A stretch of DNA of 64,000 nucleotides from Lingula anatina. Its lineage: Eukaryota > Animalia > Brachiopoda. Of this stretch, positions 43,679-63,460 are shown one piece after another. The notes below the pieces were generated by a model. It was given only the letters and a program-made list of their open reading frames with translations, had not been told where the DNA came from and did no database searches. The first letter of the stretch is position 1, and each line of letters starts with the position of its first letter. Location of the stretch: the NCBI GenBank assembly GCA_051362555.1, contig CM120640.1, forward strand, positions 33,127,967 to 33,191,966, written 5' to 3'. A program made the position numbers and the translations under genes.

Positions 43679-45571
43679 TTACCTTGTCAGCTGAAAAGAT
43701 AGGAAATTAAAATGAACATATTATTGATCAACTACAGGCAACACAATTTGTAGGAAATGTAAAGTAGGATGATGTATTAATACGTGTTGCTTAAATCTCC
43801 AGTATGAAATGGAGAACATATGAAATTCAAGGAAAACATCTGCGTCATGTTACAAAATATCAAATCATTACACCATGCATTAATCTACGCATGTTTTAAA
43901 TATACTGTGAAATGTGGCTGCGCATACCCTTTCCAGGTAAAGGACACAAAGGAAATTAGATGACTACTTATTAGATTTCACAACTTAATGATAAATCATC
44001 TCAATTAGATCTGTCAATATCCAAGGGACTTTTTTTTTTTTACATTATTTACAGACAAGTACGAGGACAAATTCAGGCACAATCAATGCACGGAAGTCAT
44101 TACCATGAATGTAAAAAAAAAAACTACTGAAACCCAAGTCAATACAAACATTTATCAGCTCAAAACTGTTCTAGAAGCTTTTAAAACAATTATGACCTAT
44201 ATATAGCTAGCAATAATACCTCGTACCACCTACACCAGATACCTGTAACAGGATTCCATCGTGTGCAATATTCTATCATAACAGTCATTAAGCACTGTCT
44301 GGGCATGTGGGATAACACTTGACAATCTACTTGTCCTGTAGAGTAGGCTAATGAAATTACTGCCTAATAACAAAGTACTTACTCAATTTACTTACATGAC
44401 TTCTGAAACCTCATTAAAACAAGATGCTCTTTATTGCAATTTATCCTCAACTGTAAATGTGTTGCTGTATGTCTCAAGATTGACAAATATTCCCAAACAT
44501 TTTGCTGATGGAATTTTGTTTACTTTTATCTATTAATGTATAAAAACAGATACTAGACTCAACTTCCTTCTTGCCAAAGTACTCTTAATTATTATAACAT
44601 AAGTCTAAATTGCATCAATACATACCAGCATTGTCTTTTCATGTAAAATGTGAGATAATATACAAACTCATCTGGCTCTAGAACCTACTTGCTGTGCACT
44701 TACCTTTTGTATAATCAACTTATTTTCATTGGTGAGATTCTAACACAGGAGAAAAGGAAAGAAACCAAACGCAAAGCCATCCTCTTGAATTAAAAAAAAA
44801 TCCACCAGCCAATGAGCTACGTTTAAAAACCATAACATGTATGATGATATGAGAAATAGGGACATTACCTGTCTATCCATTTACCACAGTTTCTGTATAT
44901 TAATAATGTACAAGAGAGATGTGTGAACCTGTGGAAAATCAATAGGAAGTGCATTCCTTGGTCTTTCTCCAGATCCTTGTCTGCACTGCCTGCTGCTTGG
45001 CATACTACAGCAGAACCATTACAAGCACACTAAAAGACAGAAATACACCCAGCGGGGGGAAGGTCAGACCAGGAATGAGGGTTAAGAAGATATATACTAT
45101 GTAGTCCCTCTCTCTTTTTTCCAAAGGCCACCTTCTGAGTTATGGCACATTTACCAGAGGTTGCTTTGATACTGCATATTATAAGCACTGTACTTACTGA
45201 GGCATCTTGATGTGGAGTATTTATAATTGGCGCAGGACAGAAGTTACATTACTTTTCTTGTCTGTCCACGTATTTTCTCAGACTCACATACCAAGTAATA
45301 TGACAGAGAGCCTGACAGTTCAAGTTTGTCAGATTATAGGTTTTTCAATTATCGTGCAGAGGAAAGAAAAAACACTTTCCCAGCAGAAGCAAATATCAAC
45401 TCTCACAATGAAAAGTAGACACTTTCTATCAAAAGAAAAACCATATTATCAATTTACACTATAAGGGTGAACTATGGGTCAACTATTGTATTCTTTAAGG
45501 CAAGTTTACATCCCACTTATGGCACTGTCCAAGCAAAGTGGGTGATTGGAATTTCTCAGACATGAGCCTAG

Positions 45572-45796
45572 GACCCCATTCCCATAGATTTTAGATCGAT
45601 CTATCCCTGTGGGGAGTCTCACTAGATTACTGTCAGCTTAGCCGGCTTAAGTGTCTGTCCTGCCTACTAAAAGCTGTAAGGGGGTAATTAACTATGGTGC
45701 GCGCTCGGCTGACTGCAATTTAGCGTGAACCCCCAGGGAGTTAGGTCGATCTAAATCTAAATCTCTGGATCGATCTAAATCTCTGGGAATGCACCC
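45572..45796. mobile_element. PIF/Harbinger-type MITE, 3-bp TSD TAG
   Basis: TIR GACCCCATTCCCA..TTTAGATCGATC / GATCGATCTAAA..TGGGAATGCACCC, flanked by TAG. Near-identical to the copy at 53003-53217. Confidence 0.8.
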
Positions 45797-48700
45797 TAGG
45801 TTTAAAAAAAAACTAAACATTTATCAAAACCCCAGACAAGACTTATCTCAGGAACCATCAGAATTGAATTAAAAAACGTTTCTGCGGAAAAAGCTCAAGT
45901 CTAATTTCTAAACATCTTTACCACTGACACTGCACTGGACTTCATTCAATTTTGAATAAGATGTAGGCAAGACGGATTTGCTCCGCATCCAATATGGTTA
46001 GAAAGAGAAATGACAAACACTGCAAATGCGCCTTTAGAATTAATCTGCAACCTATTCTGCCACCTCTTCACTTTCCAATTAATGTTATATTCCGTGTAGA
46101 CCTGTATAAACCCTAATCATTACAGTATCACGTACTAGTGTGTCCATAGTGAGAAGGTTGACTTCCCTTCATAAACACTGGCTGATGGAATTGACAAGAC
46201 ATGCAGTAGCCACTGAGTGGAACATTGTGTATCTAAAGCCATCATATTGAATATTGAGGCTTTATTTACTAATTACTAGGCATATGAACGTATTTGAAAA
46301 GTCTCGCATTGCACTCCACTCCCAAAAGAAGTTGACCAATTTTTGACAGGGCAGGGTATGAAAAAAACTTATCACATTATCTCCACATGCTGTCTTCCCA
46401 CTGCACCTCAAACTTGTTATTGTCTGTGGTATTTACGTAATTCTTTTTTTTTGAACTATGATAAAGCAATAAACCAGTGCTTTTATTGCGAAGCCATTCT
46501 GAAATAGAATATATTGACAACTGCAATTCCCCATGTGGACAGCACTAATTGGTTATAAATTCATAACTGGCCAATCTTATAAAAGCACAACACAACTCAA
46601 TTGAAAGAAATATATTTTTGGTTTTAGTGGTCTTAAAATGATATGAAGTAGCTTGACATAGATGAATTTACAAAACTGAAATATTTCTTGCACGTCTCTT
46701 CTCATTTCTAGTTTAAGAAAACATGACTTATTTACTAATTACTATCAGTTTGAACAAAAGGAAGAAATATCTTACTTACCAGTTACTGTTAGAAAATATT
46801 AATATATCATCAAAATGTACAAACAAATATACCTACAAAAAATTAATCCACTACAGTAGTGTTTTGTGAACTGAATCCATCAACTTACATCTGATTAACA
46901 TATACATCATTATCTGCAGCTATCCAATTACTGAGATAGGTTCTAAACTAAAGCTGTTTTGGTCTAAATGTCAAGAAATAATGGCTTGACTGCAATACCT
47001 CCAATTAATCAGTAAGATCAACAAAAGAAAGTGTGAAATAATTGCAATGGGGGGGGGGGGGGGGGGGGGGGGGGGATATGCTACTCTGCCCATTTTTTCT
47101 AATTAAAAGTAAAACCCTTAACAATTTTTGTTCATGCAATGTAAATATACTCAATGGTCTATGCATTTAACAATATTCCATGAAGGTGAACCAAGGACTA
47201 TCCCAGCTACCAGCAGTGACTCATACCCGCATCATTTACTATATATCTAGAACTTGATAACCCACAACCTTATTCTGAATTGACTATGTAAATTCTGTGT
47301 CAACAATTCATATATAAATTGTATGCATTTGTCACTTAGATGACAAAAGGTTCACCTGAAAACCCTTAAATCTTATCCAGAACATACAAAGAAAAAATTT
47401 CGGTCAAAACTTTTTACACCAAAACAGAACCAGTTTATACCATGGTATATTTTTTAACTTTCATTGTAAAGAATGGGTGTTCAACTAGAAGCATAGCAAT
47501 CTTAAACTTGTCAGGGTCTCCAATACCTACATGGCTTTGGATATCTGCACAACACCTCAAACAAATCTGACATATATACTATAGTTGCTGACACATAGCC
47601 CTAATGTCCAACTATGCTCTGCAGAAACAATAGCTGTTTACCCAGTTATTGGTGTACAAAAAAAAAAAAAAAAAAAAATCAGAGGAAACTCCTAACATAA
47701 GACAGGGGATATCCCCAGAAACGCTCAACTTCTGACAAAAAAACAGGTCCAAAAACAGGCTAGAAGCAACATTTACACCAGGCACTATTGGGCTGTTACT
47801 GAGACAACACATTTATACCTTCTTAGTATACACTTGTATGTGAATAAGTTGCGACAAAATAAGAGGGCTAGGAGGTAAATTAGCAGATAAATAATTCATA
47901 ATTACATTTCAGTTGGTGTTTAACTTTTTTCTCAGGCTGAAACTGAAGTCCCCCAGAGCATGAAACTCAACTGTGCTGAAAAAGACTTCAATGGAATTCA
48001 ACCATGCTGAAAAAAAAAAGCTACTTACCTGAGTAAACTGACAACCTCTTACAGCCATCAACATTGCACAAACTGCACATCCAAACAGGGGATATAAGGA
48101 CTTGAGGACCGACAATCCTAAATGTAATCACATGCTACAAGCTATCAGTAGGAGGCTTTTCCCAGATAACCCTCCCGCGGTCATTTGGACAGCTGGACTG
48201 CTTATGAATTTTTTGAAAAATGATATATGGACTCCCTGAAATTTTGTAGGAAATTTGAGGTGGTAATTTTAGATGACCTGTACCCCCAATCCTGGAAAAA
48301 GCCCTGGTAGGAGCCCATGTTAGAGTCAGACTTTCATTTTGTACTTACCTGCATTTTTATCACCATAGGATTAAAACTTTCTTACTAAAATAGAGAATGA
48401 AAAGCTTATGCTATGCTCAGACTGTTAGTGGCTTGTGGATTAGTGCTCTAACCAAAGATTAGCACCTATAAAACCAGCTGCAGGTAGCAGACTAAAGACC
48501 CAACCCCCTCCCACATGTAATGAATACACCAAAGACCACAATGGAGAGATGAGAAACTAATGTGGACCTTCGGGGATCAAATTCAACAGCCCTGTAGAAT
48601 TCTCCCCTTTCATTATTGAAATACTACCGTTGCGAATTTCACCTGAGTAACTCACTGTGTCACAGCTATCTGTTACATCATAAAGAATGTGTCATAATAT

Positions 48701-50468
48701 GTACCGAAGCCTGGGAAATCCTGTGGTTGCGGAAGACAGTCTCTTATCAAAAGCACTACTGGGACATTTGTCTGGGTATACCTTTGTACCTTAGCCTATC
48801 CTCTTATTTTCACTAGACATGAATCATTCTAAAGAACACCTACAGATGAAGTATTTCAGGCATATATTGTTAATGTCCTGAGGAAGGTTATATTTACAAT
48901 CCTGTTCCTTTTTCTTCTCCCCTGATTAAAACACATTAAAATATTCCACCTATCCTAATACCCTCGTGATCACTTATAATGAGAAAATGCATGGTAATTA
49001 TAACTTCATCAAGAAAATGTATATAAAATATACTTTCAGATAAACATCTCAAAGAGGATTAAGTCTACATCATGTAGATTTTATTATCAGAAATTATATA
49101 TAGAATCTCCAGTATATCGTTAATGAATCCTAATGGACATCCATATTCAGCAGCTGCCAGACAGACCTCACTTAGCACCGCACATGTTTGAATTAACAGA
49201 ACAATTGCTTGAACAAATAACATAGCTCGGCATGGCAAAATAGCCAATACCAGACTGTTTGTCAAGGGCAATCACTCATGATCACATCAAATTAACACCC
49301 AGATTATCATATAAAACTTTCACTTCCATCACAGACATAATAATATGAATTAGAGGATTTATCTGACATGACTCTCTGGCTCTTTATTATTCCTAGGACC
49401 TTTTATAAGTCACACTATTGTATTCTTAATCAATACATGATCAATACAAGTATTCCGAAGTGAATGCTGCTTCTGGATGCTGAAAGGAACACAGCACAGA
49501 GGACAAAGAGAAACTTATTCCTGGTTACCAGATGGTACAGTCACACAGAGAAAAAGTTTGTCACCACGGAAATCAATATCATGCCAGATTTACAAATTAA
49601 CCAGATTTCACTGCCCCAACTTATCAAGCACAAGATGTCTCAGTGTTAGATTTATTTAATCAATAAAAGCCCTGTCACTTAAAAACACACTTGATGTCCA
49701 AATGACTGTTTTACCATGGTGAAATATAAGATATAAACATTATTTTATTTCATTATAACTCACAAATTTCATATTGACATCACTGAGTTTGTAGTCTACT
49801 GTATTTATTTTAGGTATATAAATTGATACGTGGTTACCCAAGAGGTCATCTGAGTTTTAGAAAGAAACTGATTACAATCACAGAAAGAGAAATTTGACCT
49901 ATGCAAGAAACAGGAATGTCAAATCTGACATTGGTCACTGACAATTAACATCTTCAGGCATTCACAGACAACAAACTAGGCCTATATACACTGTCCATAT
50001 AAAATCTTCAGCCAATTTATGAGTCGGATGGTGCTGGACATATCTTGTGTTCAAAGTGTCTTAGGTATGTCGATCTATTTACTAGTTAGTATTAAAATAT
50101 CACATTTATGCTAATATGAGTAAACAATATTGAAATACTTCCGAACTGAGTACACACCACACATTTTCACTCACCTCAACTTAAATATCGCTAGGCACTT
50201 CTACAACTTACGGATCCCAATAATAAAACAGAATATCGAAATCTTTCTTCGCGTGTTTATATTATAGCCAGGGCTTATCGAATTGGCTTCTGTGTCGTGA
50301 AGAATCCACTTTTACACGCCATTGCCAGTACCATCAGAATACACCCACGACATGCAAACGTAGCAATAGTTACTGCTGGATGTCGTAGATGGAACAAGAC
50401 AGCATGTCAGTGACACAGTGGCTTGTCCCAGTGTTGTTGTTAACATGGGAAAGACATCGTGTACTTAC

Positions 50469-50625
50469 CAAATATACCTTTATGCACTTTTGAAAGTTAA
50501 CTTCAATTTCTTCTTGGTAAAATCATATCCATAGCTTAACCGAGTGCACGCTTGTTACCGACAAAGTGTTTATTTGCACGCTGCGATTTGCAGCTGCCTC
50601 CCACCTAAATACGCCATATTGAAAT
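50469..50625 (-). promoter_or_regulatory. Putative DENND4 promoter and non-coding first exon
   Basis: Minus-strand donor TG|gtaagt at 50469/50468, YY1-like AATATGGCG at 50612-50620, and local CpG enrichment. A second candidate donor lies near 50175. The acceptor of the first coding exon is at 43690. Confidence 0.4.
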
Positions 50626-51074
50626 TAGCTGAGCGTATTAATTTTACTAAACCCCCTAGCAGTGCAGTGCATTGATGACTCAACATCATGTATTTATCAT
50701 AAACGTGAAAAGATATTTGAAAATAGTTTATCAGTTACAGAGCATAAAATAATGTATTTCAACTCATTAAGTAAAACAATATCACATATGGCATTATGTG
50801 TTATATGCTGTGGTGTTCTTCATCGTGCGGACTATTTATCTGCGCAATAATAAAGCACCTGCTGGCGGTTCACTGCACAGGTGAAGCGGGTCATTTGAAT
50901 GTATTTTTCTTCCATCAGGAATTAAAAGGAAGGGAATTCACTGTTGGTTTGTAGGAAAAATTCACCGCCTTCTTCGTTTTCTTCACAGTAATTGATCAAG
51001 CACACATGTTAAAACAGTTACAAAGGTATAACTGATCTTCCTTGTGTTACACAGGGTGTACTGTATATACCAAT

Positions 51075-51304
51075 GGGCTCATTCCCAATGGAACTATCGT
51101 TTTACGTAGATCGATCCAACTCCTTGGGGGCACTCACTGAATGCAATCAGATTAACACGCCTCCTATTGTTTCCAACATATTCAGTCACACCACATACTT
51201 TTCTTCTCAACACCAAGAGATGCGTTATTCTGATCAATTCAGCAAGTGCCCACGCAGTGTTGGATCGATCTATGTAGAACAATAGTGTCATTGGGAATGA
51301 GTTC
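51075..51304. mobile_element. Palindromic MITE with GGGCTCATTCCCA termini and AT TSD (ISL2EU/PHIS-like)
   Basis: Inverted arms over ~95 bp, with AT on both flanks (51073-51074, 51305-51306). Confidence 0.7.
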
Positions 51305-51926
51305 ATACATTCTATGTTGTTACATGTACGAAGTCAAAATACAACTGAAATCAGTTTGAAAAAAATCTTCATTTTTTAAAGAGAAACAATAATTCCAAAA
51401 CATAAATGTGATCGATGCATTTTGCTACTTGAAACATTATTTAGAAAATTGATTGTAAAGCCATGTGTGCTTCAAAAATTGTGAAACATGCCCAGGTCAT
51501 ATTTTATTTCAAAAAGTTGATAACTTTGGATATTGGTTACAAGAGCACATAAATATAAAACAGTTTTGAAACATCATTTCCCCACTTGCAAACATTTTGC
51601 CTACTGCTACTAGTGGCGCCCCCTTTCTTTATGGCAAGTAGTAGCAATAGTGTTGAGAAATTCTCTCTTTACTGATGCATGTACACAGTATAGACAAGGG
51701 TAACTGCATTATTTGTTTTATGTATTTCTGTAAGTATTTTCACAAAATATGTATACTTATGTCATAACATTTTGATCATTTTTCTTTTTTCGATTAAGTG
51801 GTTCATTTCTGTTTCATGAAAATTCATTTATAACCATTATCTTTAAATTCTGATCTGTTATTATGATTAACCAATTTTTCACATCTACAACATTCTCTTA
51901 CTTTCGCAAGATGAAATGTATAATGA

Positions 51927-52169
51927 TAAATATGAATAACTCTGATAATGGAACTTACATTTAGCAACTGACTAACATGGCACATGATGTCGCAGTCTCA
52001 ACCTGAAACCTTTCACTTGGTAAATGACCTGGGTGGACTGGTCACCTGATCTACTGTCATACTGCTAGGGATAGACTCCAGTGCCCTGTCCCACATGTCC
52101 ATCCAGGTCATTTACAAAGTGTAACATCAGTCAGTTGCTAAATGTAAGTTCCAGAGTTATTCATATTTA
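51927..52169. repeat. Inverted-repeat (foldback) element
   Basis: taaatatgaataactc..ggaacttacatttagcaactgact pairs with agtcagttgctaaatgtaagttcc-agagttattcatattta; an inner pair is gtaaatgacctgg/ccaggtcatttac. No TSD resolved. Confidence 0.7.
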
Positions 52170-52511
52170 CCTTGTTCTACTGGATGACTGACAAATTCAG
52201 GCATAAAATGTATAACTTAAAAAACTGATGAGACAAGTTCGATGTTATCTTTTATTAGACAAACTGTATTTTCTTTTTTTTATTTGGAAAATAATGTTTG
52301 AGAAAATATCTTATGACAAACATGTTCACAGTCCAGACTGCTCTGAGCCTAGCACAATCGATAAAATGTTGTCTGTAAACATTTGCTCTTCCAAACAGTA
52401 ACATATCACCTGAATTAGTAACCAGAACATGTGTCAGTGACCAATTTCTATATGTTCGTGTTTCTTGAAAATTTTGTCTGTTACCGTAGCTTTCATTTTT
52501 TTCAGACATTT

Positions 52512-58568
<6,057 letters not shown>

Positions 58569-58710
58569 CTAAAATAGAAACATAACCCATGGTAATGAAC
58601 ATGAATGAAGACAGAGCACATGGTCTTGCTAACAGATGTTAAAATTTTACAAGTCTTACAATTTGACAATTTTTCAAACTTGTGCGAATAACAACAAGCT
58701 GAATTGTAAA

Positions 58711-59400
58711 CTAGAGGATCAGAGAGGCGATACCACCTCTGGATATTGTACCACCAGCTGGAGTAAACGCATTCGTGCAAAGTTCAATTCATGATGAAAA
58801 GTAGGTCAAAGGTCAATTTTAAGGTCACAGTTAGATTGCCAGTATATGACTTCCTATTCAAGTTCAATAGTAACTATGGACCTATCTCTGCCAGTTTTGG
58901 AGATAAAAGGGAACAAAAACTTGCAAAGTTCTGTTCATGGTGAAAAGTAGGTTAAAGGTCAATTTCAAGGTCACAGTTAAATTGCCAGTATGTGACTTCC
59001 TGTTCAACTTTAATAGTAACTATGGACCTATCTGCCAGTTTTGGAGATATAAGGGACTAAATGTAATAATTTTGTAGTTATAATTATGTGCCATAGATTT
59101 CCTACAGAAAAAATTTATTAAAATGAAGAAAAGGTCATTTTGGTTGAAATTCTTGAAATGGGAGGTGCTCAGAAGTTCCAGATGTTCAAATTTCATGAAA
59201 TAATGTTATTTTTGACCAGAAGTTGTCTGCCTGGCCAAGCCTTATGTTTTATTTTCCCCGAGTTCAAAATTTTTTATCCATTACCATACTGCACATTTTG
59301 CTTTCACCACCACAATGTACTTTTTGATACAGCATAACTCGAAAACCGTACAGAATACAAAAAAAAAAAAAAAAAAAAGGAAACCACCTAGGTGAAAACC
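58711..59400 (-). mobile_element. Second copy of the Helitron-type element at 1-2580, inverted, with fewer 146-bp monomers
   Basis: 58711-58773 is the reverse complement of 2517-2580 (CTAG end plus hairpin). It is followed by ~2 monomers and the ~295-bp spacer (58780-59335). The 5' boundary is uncertain and may extend past the poly-T to ~59650. Confidence 0.85.
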
Positions 59401-59418
59401 TAGTCAACTAAGTCTGAC

Positions 59419-59474
<56 letters not shown>

Positions 59475-59699
59475 TGGAACTAGGGCCTGAGCTACATCCC
59501 AAAACATTAATAGGCTTACTGTAAGGTTTAGTTTACTTTTGTTGTGATTGAGGAGCCTGGTGTCCGGCTCATCTAATGCACTCATTTGCATAAATGACAA
59601 CTTTTCATTCAGGGTGGCGCCCCATGAGTTTTGCACTCCGTAGGAGGAACACATAGTACTCTTACTTTTGAATTCATTATTTCTACTTGAAATTTATAG

Positions 59700-59917
59700 T
59701 TTAAAGGAATGGCAGAAATGGTGAGTTTTAATACTGTTTATTGATTATTATTGATTATTGATGATTAGTTATTTATTACTGGTGATTATTGAAATGTATA
59801 AGTTTTTTTTGAAGAAGCAAATTTGAACACGTAAATAACCGTTAGTAAGTACATTGTTGTAATTTTCTTTTTCTTTTCTTCTTTTTTAGTTTTTACGTGA
59901 CTTGTGAATCCATGTGA
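59700..59917 (+). other. Two candidate terminal exons of an unidentified + strand gene
   Basis: A 21-nt segment ag|59700-59720|gtgagt is followed by a strong polypyrimidine acceptor at 59889, then a stop and AATAAA. It reads FKGMAEM-FLRDL* or LKEWQKC-FYVTCESM* depending on phase. No homology recognised. Confidence 0.25.
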
Positions 59918-60716
59918 ATAAACCAAGATCCAGTGAAAAACACATGCCTTTTCTTTGACTTTTAATACACCTATATAGTCCTTGCGTGCTATACTTACAT
60001 TTCTTCATTAAAATGTAAATATTTAATCATACTATCAAATGTTTAAATACATCCACCAACTTTCTTCTTTAAACCTTCATACCATTTGTGATAATAATGC
60101 ACACACATACAGTATGTGTATGCAATTCAAGAAGCCCCTGCTTACTGTTTACTATAAGCAGGCCTGTAGCAAGGGGGGGGGGGGATTAAGGGGTTTGAAA
60201 GAACCCCCCTTTTTTCTGGGAAAAAGTTTTATCTAGGTACATGAAGGTTTCATGATAAATGTTCCACTTTTTAAAAAAAGAACTTTCCTTTTGTAACTGT
60301 GACTATGGGCCTGATACGATATACATGAAACTACAGTACGTGATATATAATGGTCTTTTGCCCAGTACTTCACTCTGACTTTATTCACATGAATTGCCCT
60401 TTTTGCATTTTTACTGATACAATGGATTCCAAAGGGCTCTTTATTTATATCATGTTTGCTCTAAAGTACAATTACAAAAAAACTCTGAATGTTGTAAGTA
60501 CTATATTAAATACTCTTTGTTCTGGCATACGGTATCGCCCACATTCATACCACTTACTATTGTGACTCTGAGATGGAAAAGCTTATCTGATAAATAACAA
60601 TTTTCAGTCTATGCTAATATTGACAGTTCTTTAATGTGTGACAAGGGAACATGATCCAAGGTTATTAAATAGTAGACTAGGATTGGTGTTGTCTTGGGAG
60701 AAATTTAGGCATTTAA

Positions 60717-60788
60717 CGCATGCGCAATTATGCTGAAAGACGCCTTCCGGTCTTGGTGAAAAGAGAAAAGGTTCAGACCTTTTAAACA
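60717..60788 (+). promoter_or_regulatory. Promoter and non-coding first exon of an unidentified + strand gene
   Basis: NRF1-like CGCATGCGCA at 60717-60726, ETS-like CTTCCGG at 60744-60750, donor ACA|gtaagt at 60788. Confidence 0.55.
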
Positions 60789-61446
60789 GTAAGTTAATCA
60801 TTTAAGTGTGAAGCATGACATTACGCTTGAATCAAGATTTCTTTGTTATTTGCTTCTCTGTCCAAAAAGGGGGCATAAAAATATTTATGTTGCAGTTTTA
60901 AAGACTATTATTACACTTTATATTTATCTCCTAACTCATTTGCAATCGCCTGCCATCTTAGTTAGATGATAAAGCACAATAGCACTTGTTGCACAACAGA
61001 AAACTAACCAAAGACAAATAAAACCTCATTCAGTTGTGTCTAGTTAAGAGTATAAATAACCTCAATCTTTTTGACATACAAGGTATGACCTACTTTGTCC
61101 CACAATAACACATGATCTGTTTGATAGAACTTCGTAACAAGAATGTGTATATACTATACAGTATCATACTGATTATTATCAGAATATTTTATGATCTTAT
61201 ATCCCTTGATTGCTCAGTTGACAGAACATTTCTGAAGTCTGCAAAACTGACATAAAACTATATAAGAAAATATTGTGAAGGGATCTGGAGACAAAACCTG
61301 ACCAGTGAGGCAAAAACGGGAGGTCAAAATATTTTGGTACTGCTTTACTGACTTCACAAAACTTCACGCTTAATTTTAGTTCAACAGGGCAGATATCTTT
61401 AACACAGAAGAAATACATTTCTATTGTTGCTCATTGCAGAGACACC

Positions 61447-63460
61447 ATGTTTGACCAACAAGAATATGAAGCTCAGCAGCCTGAGGCACTGAAAGAAAAT
61501 CTTGCTAATGTAATACCAACTCAAGATACATCTGGTCAATTAAAACAACCAATGACAGAAACTGGAGATGGAAAGGTAAGAAATACTTCAAGAAGATAAC
61601 ACAAACCTCTGGGTGCAAGAATGAGAGGAGGTGGTGGTGACAGAATAACTAGACCTTCTTGAGTGGTAAAAACTATATTAGTTCAACAGATAATACGCTA
61701 CATATAAGATGATAAGGTGTCGTCTTCTACTTTACCATTGTGGTTTCAACCATGTTAGCCAAAAGACCAAGCTGCTTACTTATATATCATGTATTTACTT
61801 CTTGATTCTAACTTGTATGAAAGCCAAAGATAATTAAGTCATGTAAGCTCAAAACTGGCATATCATCACCAGACATTAACATTTTTTTCCAAAATGATAA
61901 TTATGGTATATATAAGAGGAAAAGAACTCCATAAGTAACTATAAGTTAACTGAATAACTTCAAGAAAAACTATCAGATCAAGCTAGTATTCAAACTTGAC
62001 CTGTATTTGAGTAATATTGGAAGTTTGGAGACAATAGGTCAAGTGCTTTTCCAATTAATTTGTCATCTGATATGCTGAAAAAAGCTGAAAAAAGACTACC
62101 TTATAGATAAACGGGCTGATCAATCTGTTTTTCGAACTTGATCTGCAATTTATGAATATTCATATGCAGATAAGAGAAGACCTAAGTAACCAGCTATGTA
62201 ACAGCAATAAAATTTTTTTTTTTAAATTTATTTGTTCTCATCTACCCAGACAGCTCATTTAAACTGTTTGATTCTACATAGCCTCATAATGAACATATTG
62301 ACTTTACTAAAATTTAAACCCTTCATCATTTTTTATTTCAATAGACAACATCAAGTTTATGTCCCTCTGGCTTAAAATTGAGGACAGAAGACAAGCAGCA
62401 GGTTAAAGAACATGCCAATGAAGTAAAGTGAGTACCACTGGTTAAGTAAAGAAGTTTCAACCCATTTAGTGTGTCACATCAGAGAGTAAAAAAAAATCAT
62501 TACCTGAAGAACCAGGAAATTTTTTCTGGACATTTTAGGCTTCGTTCACATGGAAAGTCTATTTTCTAAAAATCTATTTTCTATTCACGGTATCTTATGA
62601 TCACGGTCTGTGCCCTGAATATCCCGTGGCATAATTACTGGCAGCGCGAGCCAGTTACTTATACAAAGCTGTAATTAATTCTCGAGATATTCAGGGCACA
62701 GACCGTGATCACAAGATATACCGCAAATAGAAAATAGATTTTTAGAAAATAGACTTTCCATGTGAACGAAGCCTTAGTGTTCACTGATATTTTCCCCAAT
62801 AAATTACTTTAAACCATGACCATTATCAAATTTTTGACTAAGCTGATTCCATGACATTTGAATGGTTTTTTAAATGTTATATTTGATTATCTTTCACTGC
62901 TTCCAAATTCTCAAATTCTTGACATCAGCAATACTCTGTATTTGACAGGGACTTATGATCTAGATATCAGGATTGTAGTAAAATGATCATTTCTATATCA
63001 TTTGCAATAGTTTTTTTCAAAATAGATAATATCCCAAATTATCTCCTTTATACAATAGTACCAATGAAGAAAAGAAGAAGCTTTGGAATGAAATTGATGA
63101 AAAAAAAGCAAAGGTATGTACATTAACAAATAACAGCATGAACTGTTGTGTACTTTAAGAGGAATTTTGCCATCATAAATTCAGAAATATTTTTATGCAA
63201 AATATATCTGTTGTTGCAACAATTTCTGCCACCACAGCTATTTAAAAAGTAAAATACTTAACAACAAAGGTGCTTTTTAAAATATGCAAAATGGGGCAAC
63301 AGCAATATAATCTTTTCAACACGTTCTATTATCTTAGCAAATGTTGGTATTATCCAGCAACGATGAGAACGTAATTCTACCAAGTACAGGTGGATATATA
63401 TGTGTAGGCCATCCTGAGTACAGGGACCAATATCATCATGCTTACACTTCTCCTGATCAG
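61447..63460 (+). CDS. Unidentified spliced protein-coding gene, 5' part (continues beyond the window)
   Basis: Phase-consistent GT-AG exons: 61447-61575 (Kozak accATG; MFDQQEYEAQQPEALKENL..GDGK), 62345-62427, 63059-63113 (NEEKKKLWNEIDEKKAK), 63338-63460 (QMLVLSSNDENVILPSTGGYICVGHPEYRDQYHHAYTSPDQ). No family recognised. Confidence 0.65.
62538..62773. mobile_element. Harbinger-type MITE with long TIRs and TTA TSD
   Basis: GGCTTCGTTCACATGGAAAGTCTATTTTCT... pairs with ...AGAAAATAGACTTTCCATGTGAACGAAGCC; arms ~85 bp, TTA on both flanks. Confidence 0.88.

Noticed and set aside
48341-48352. ACTTACCTG motifs resembling the U1 snRNA 5' end
   Set aside because: They are reverse complements of splice-donor consensus, with no downstream U1 structure or Sm site.
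59400-59654. 84-aa ORF with poly-Lys
   Set aside because: Produced by a poly-T tract within or next to the repeat element.
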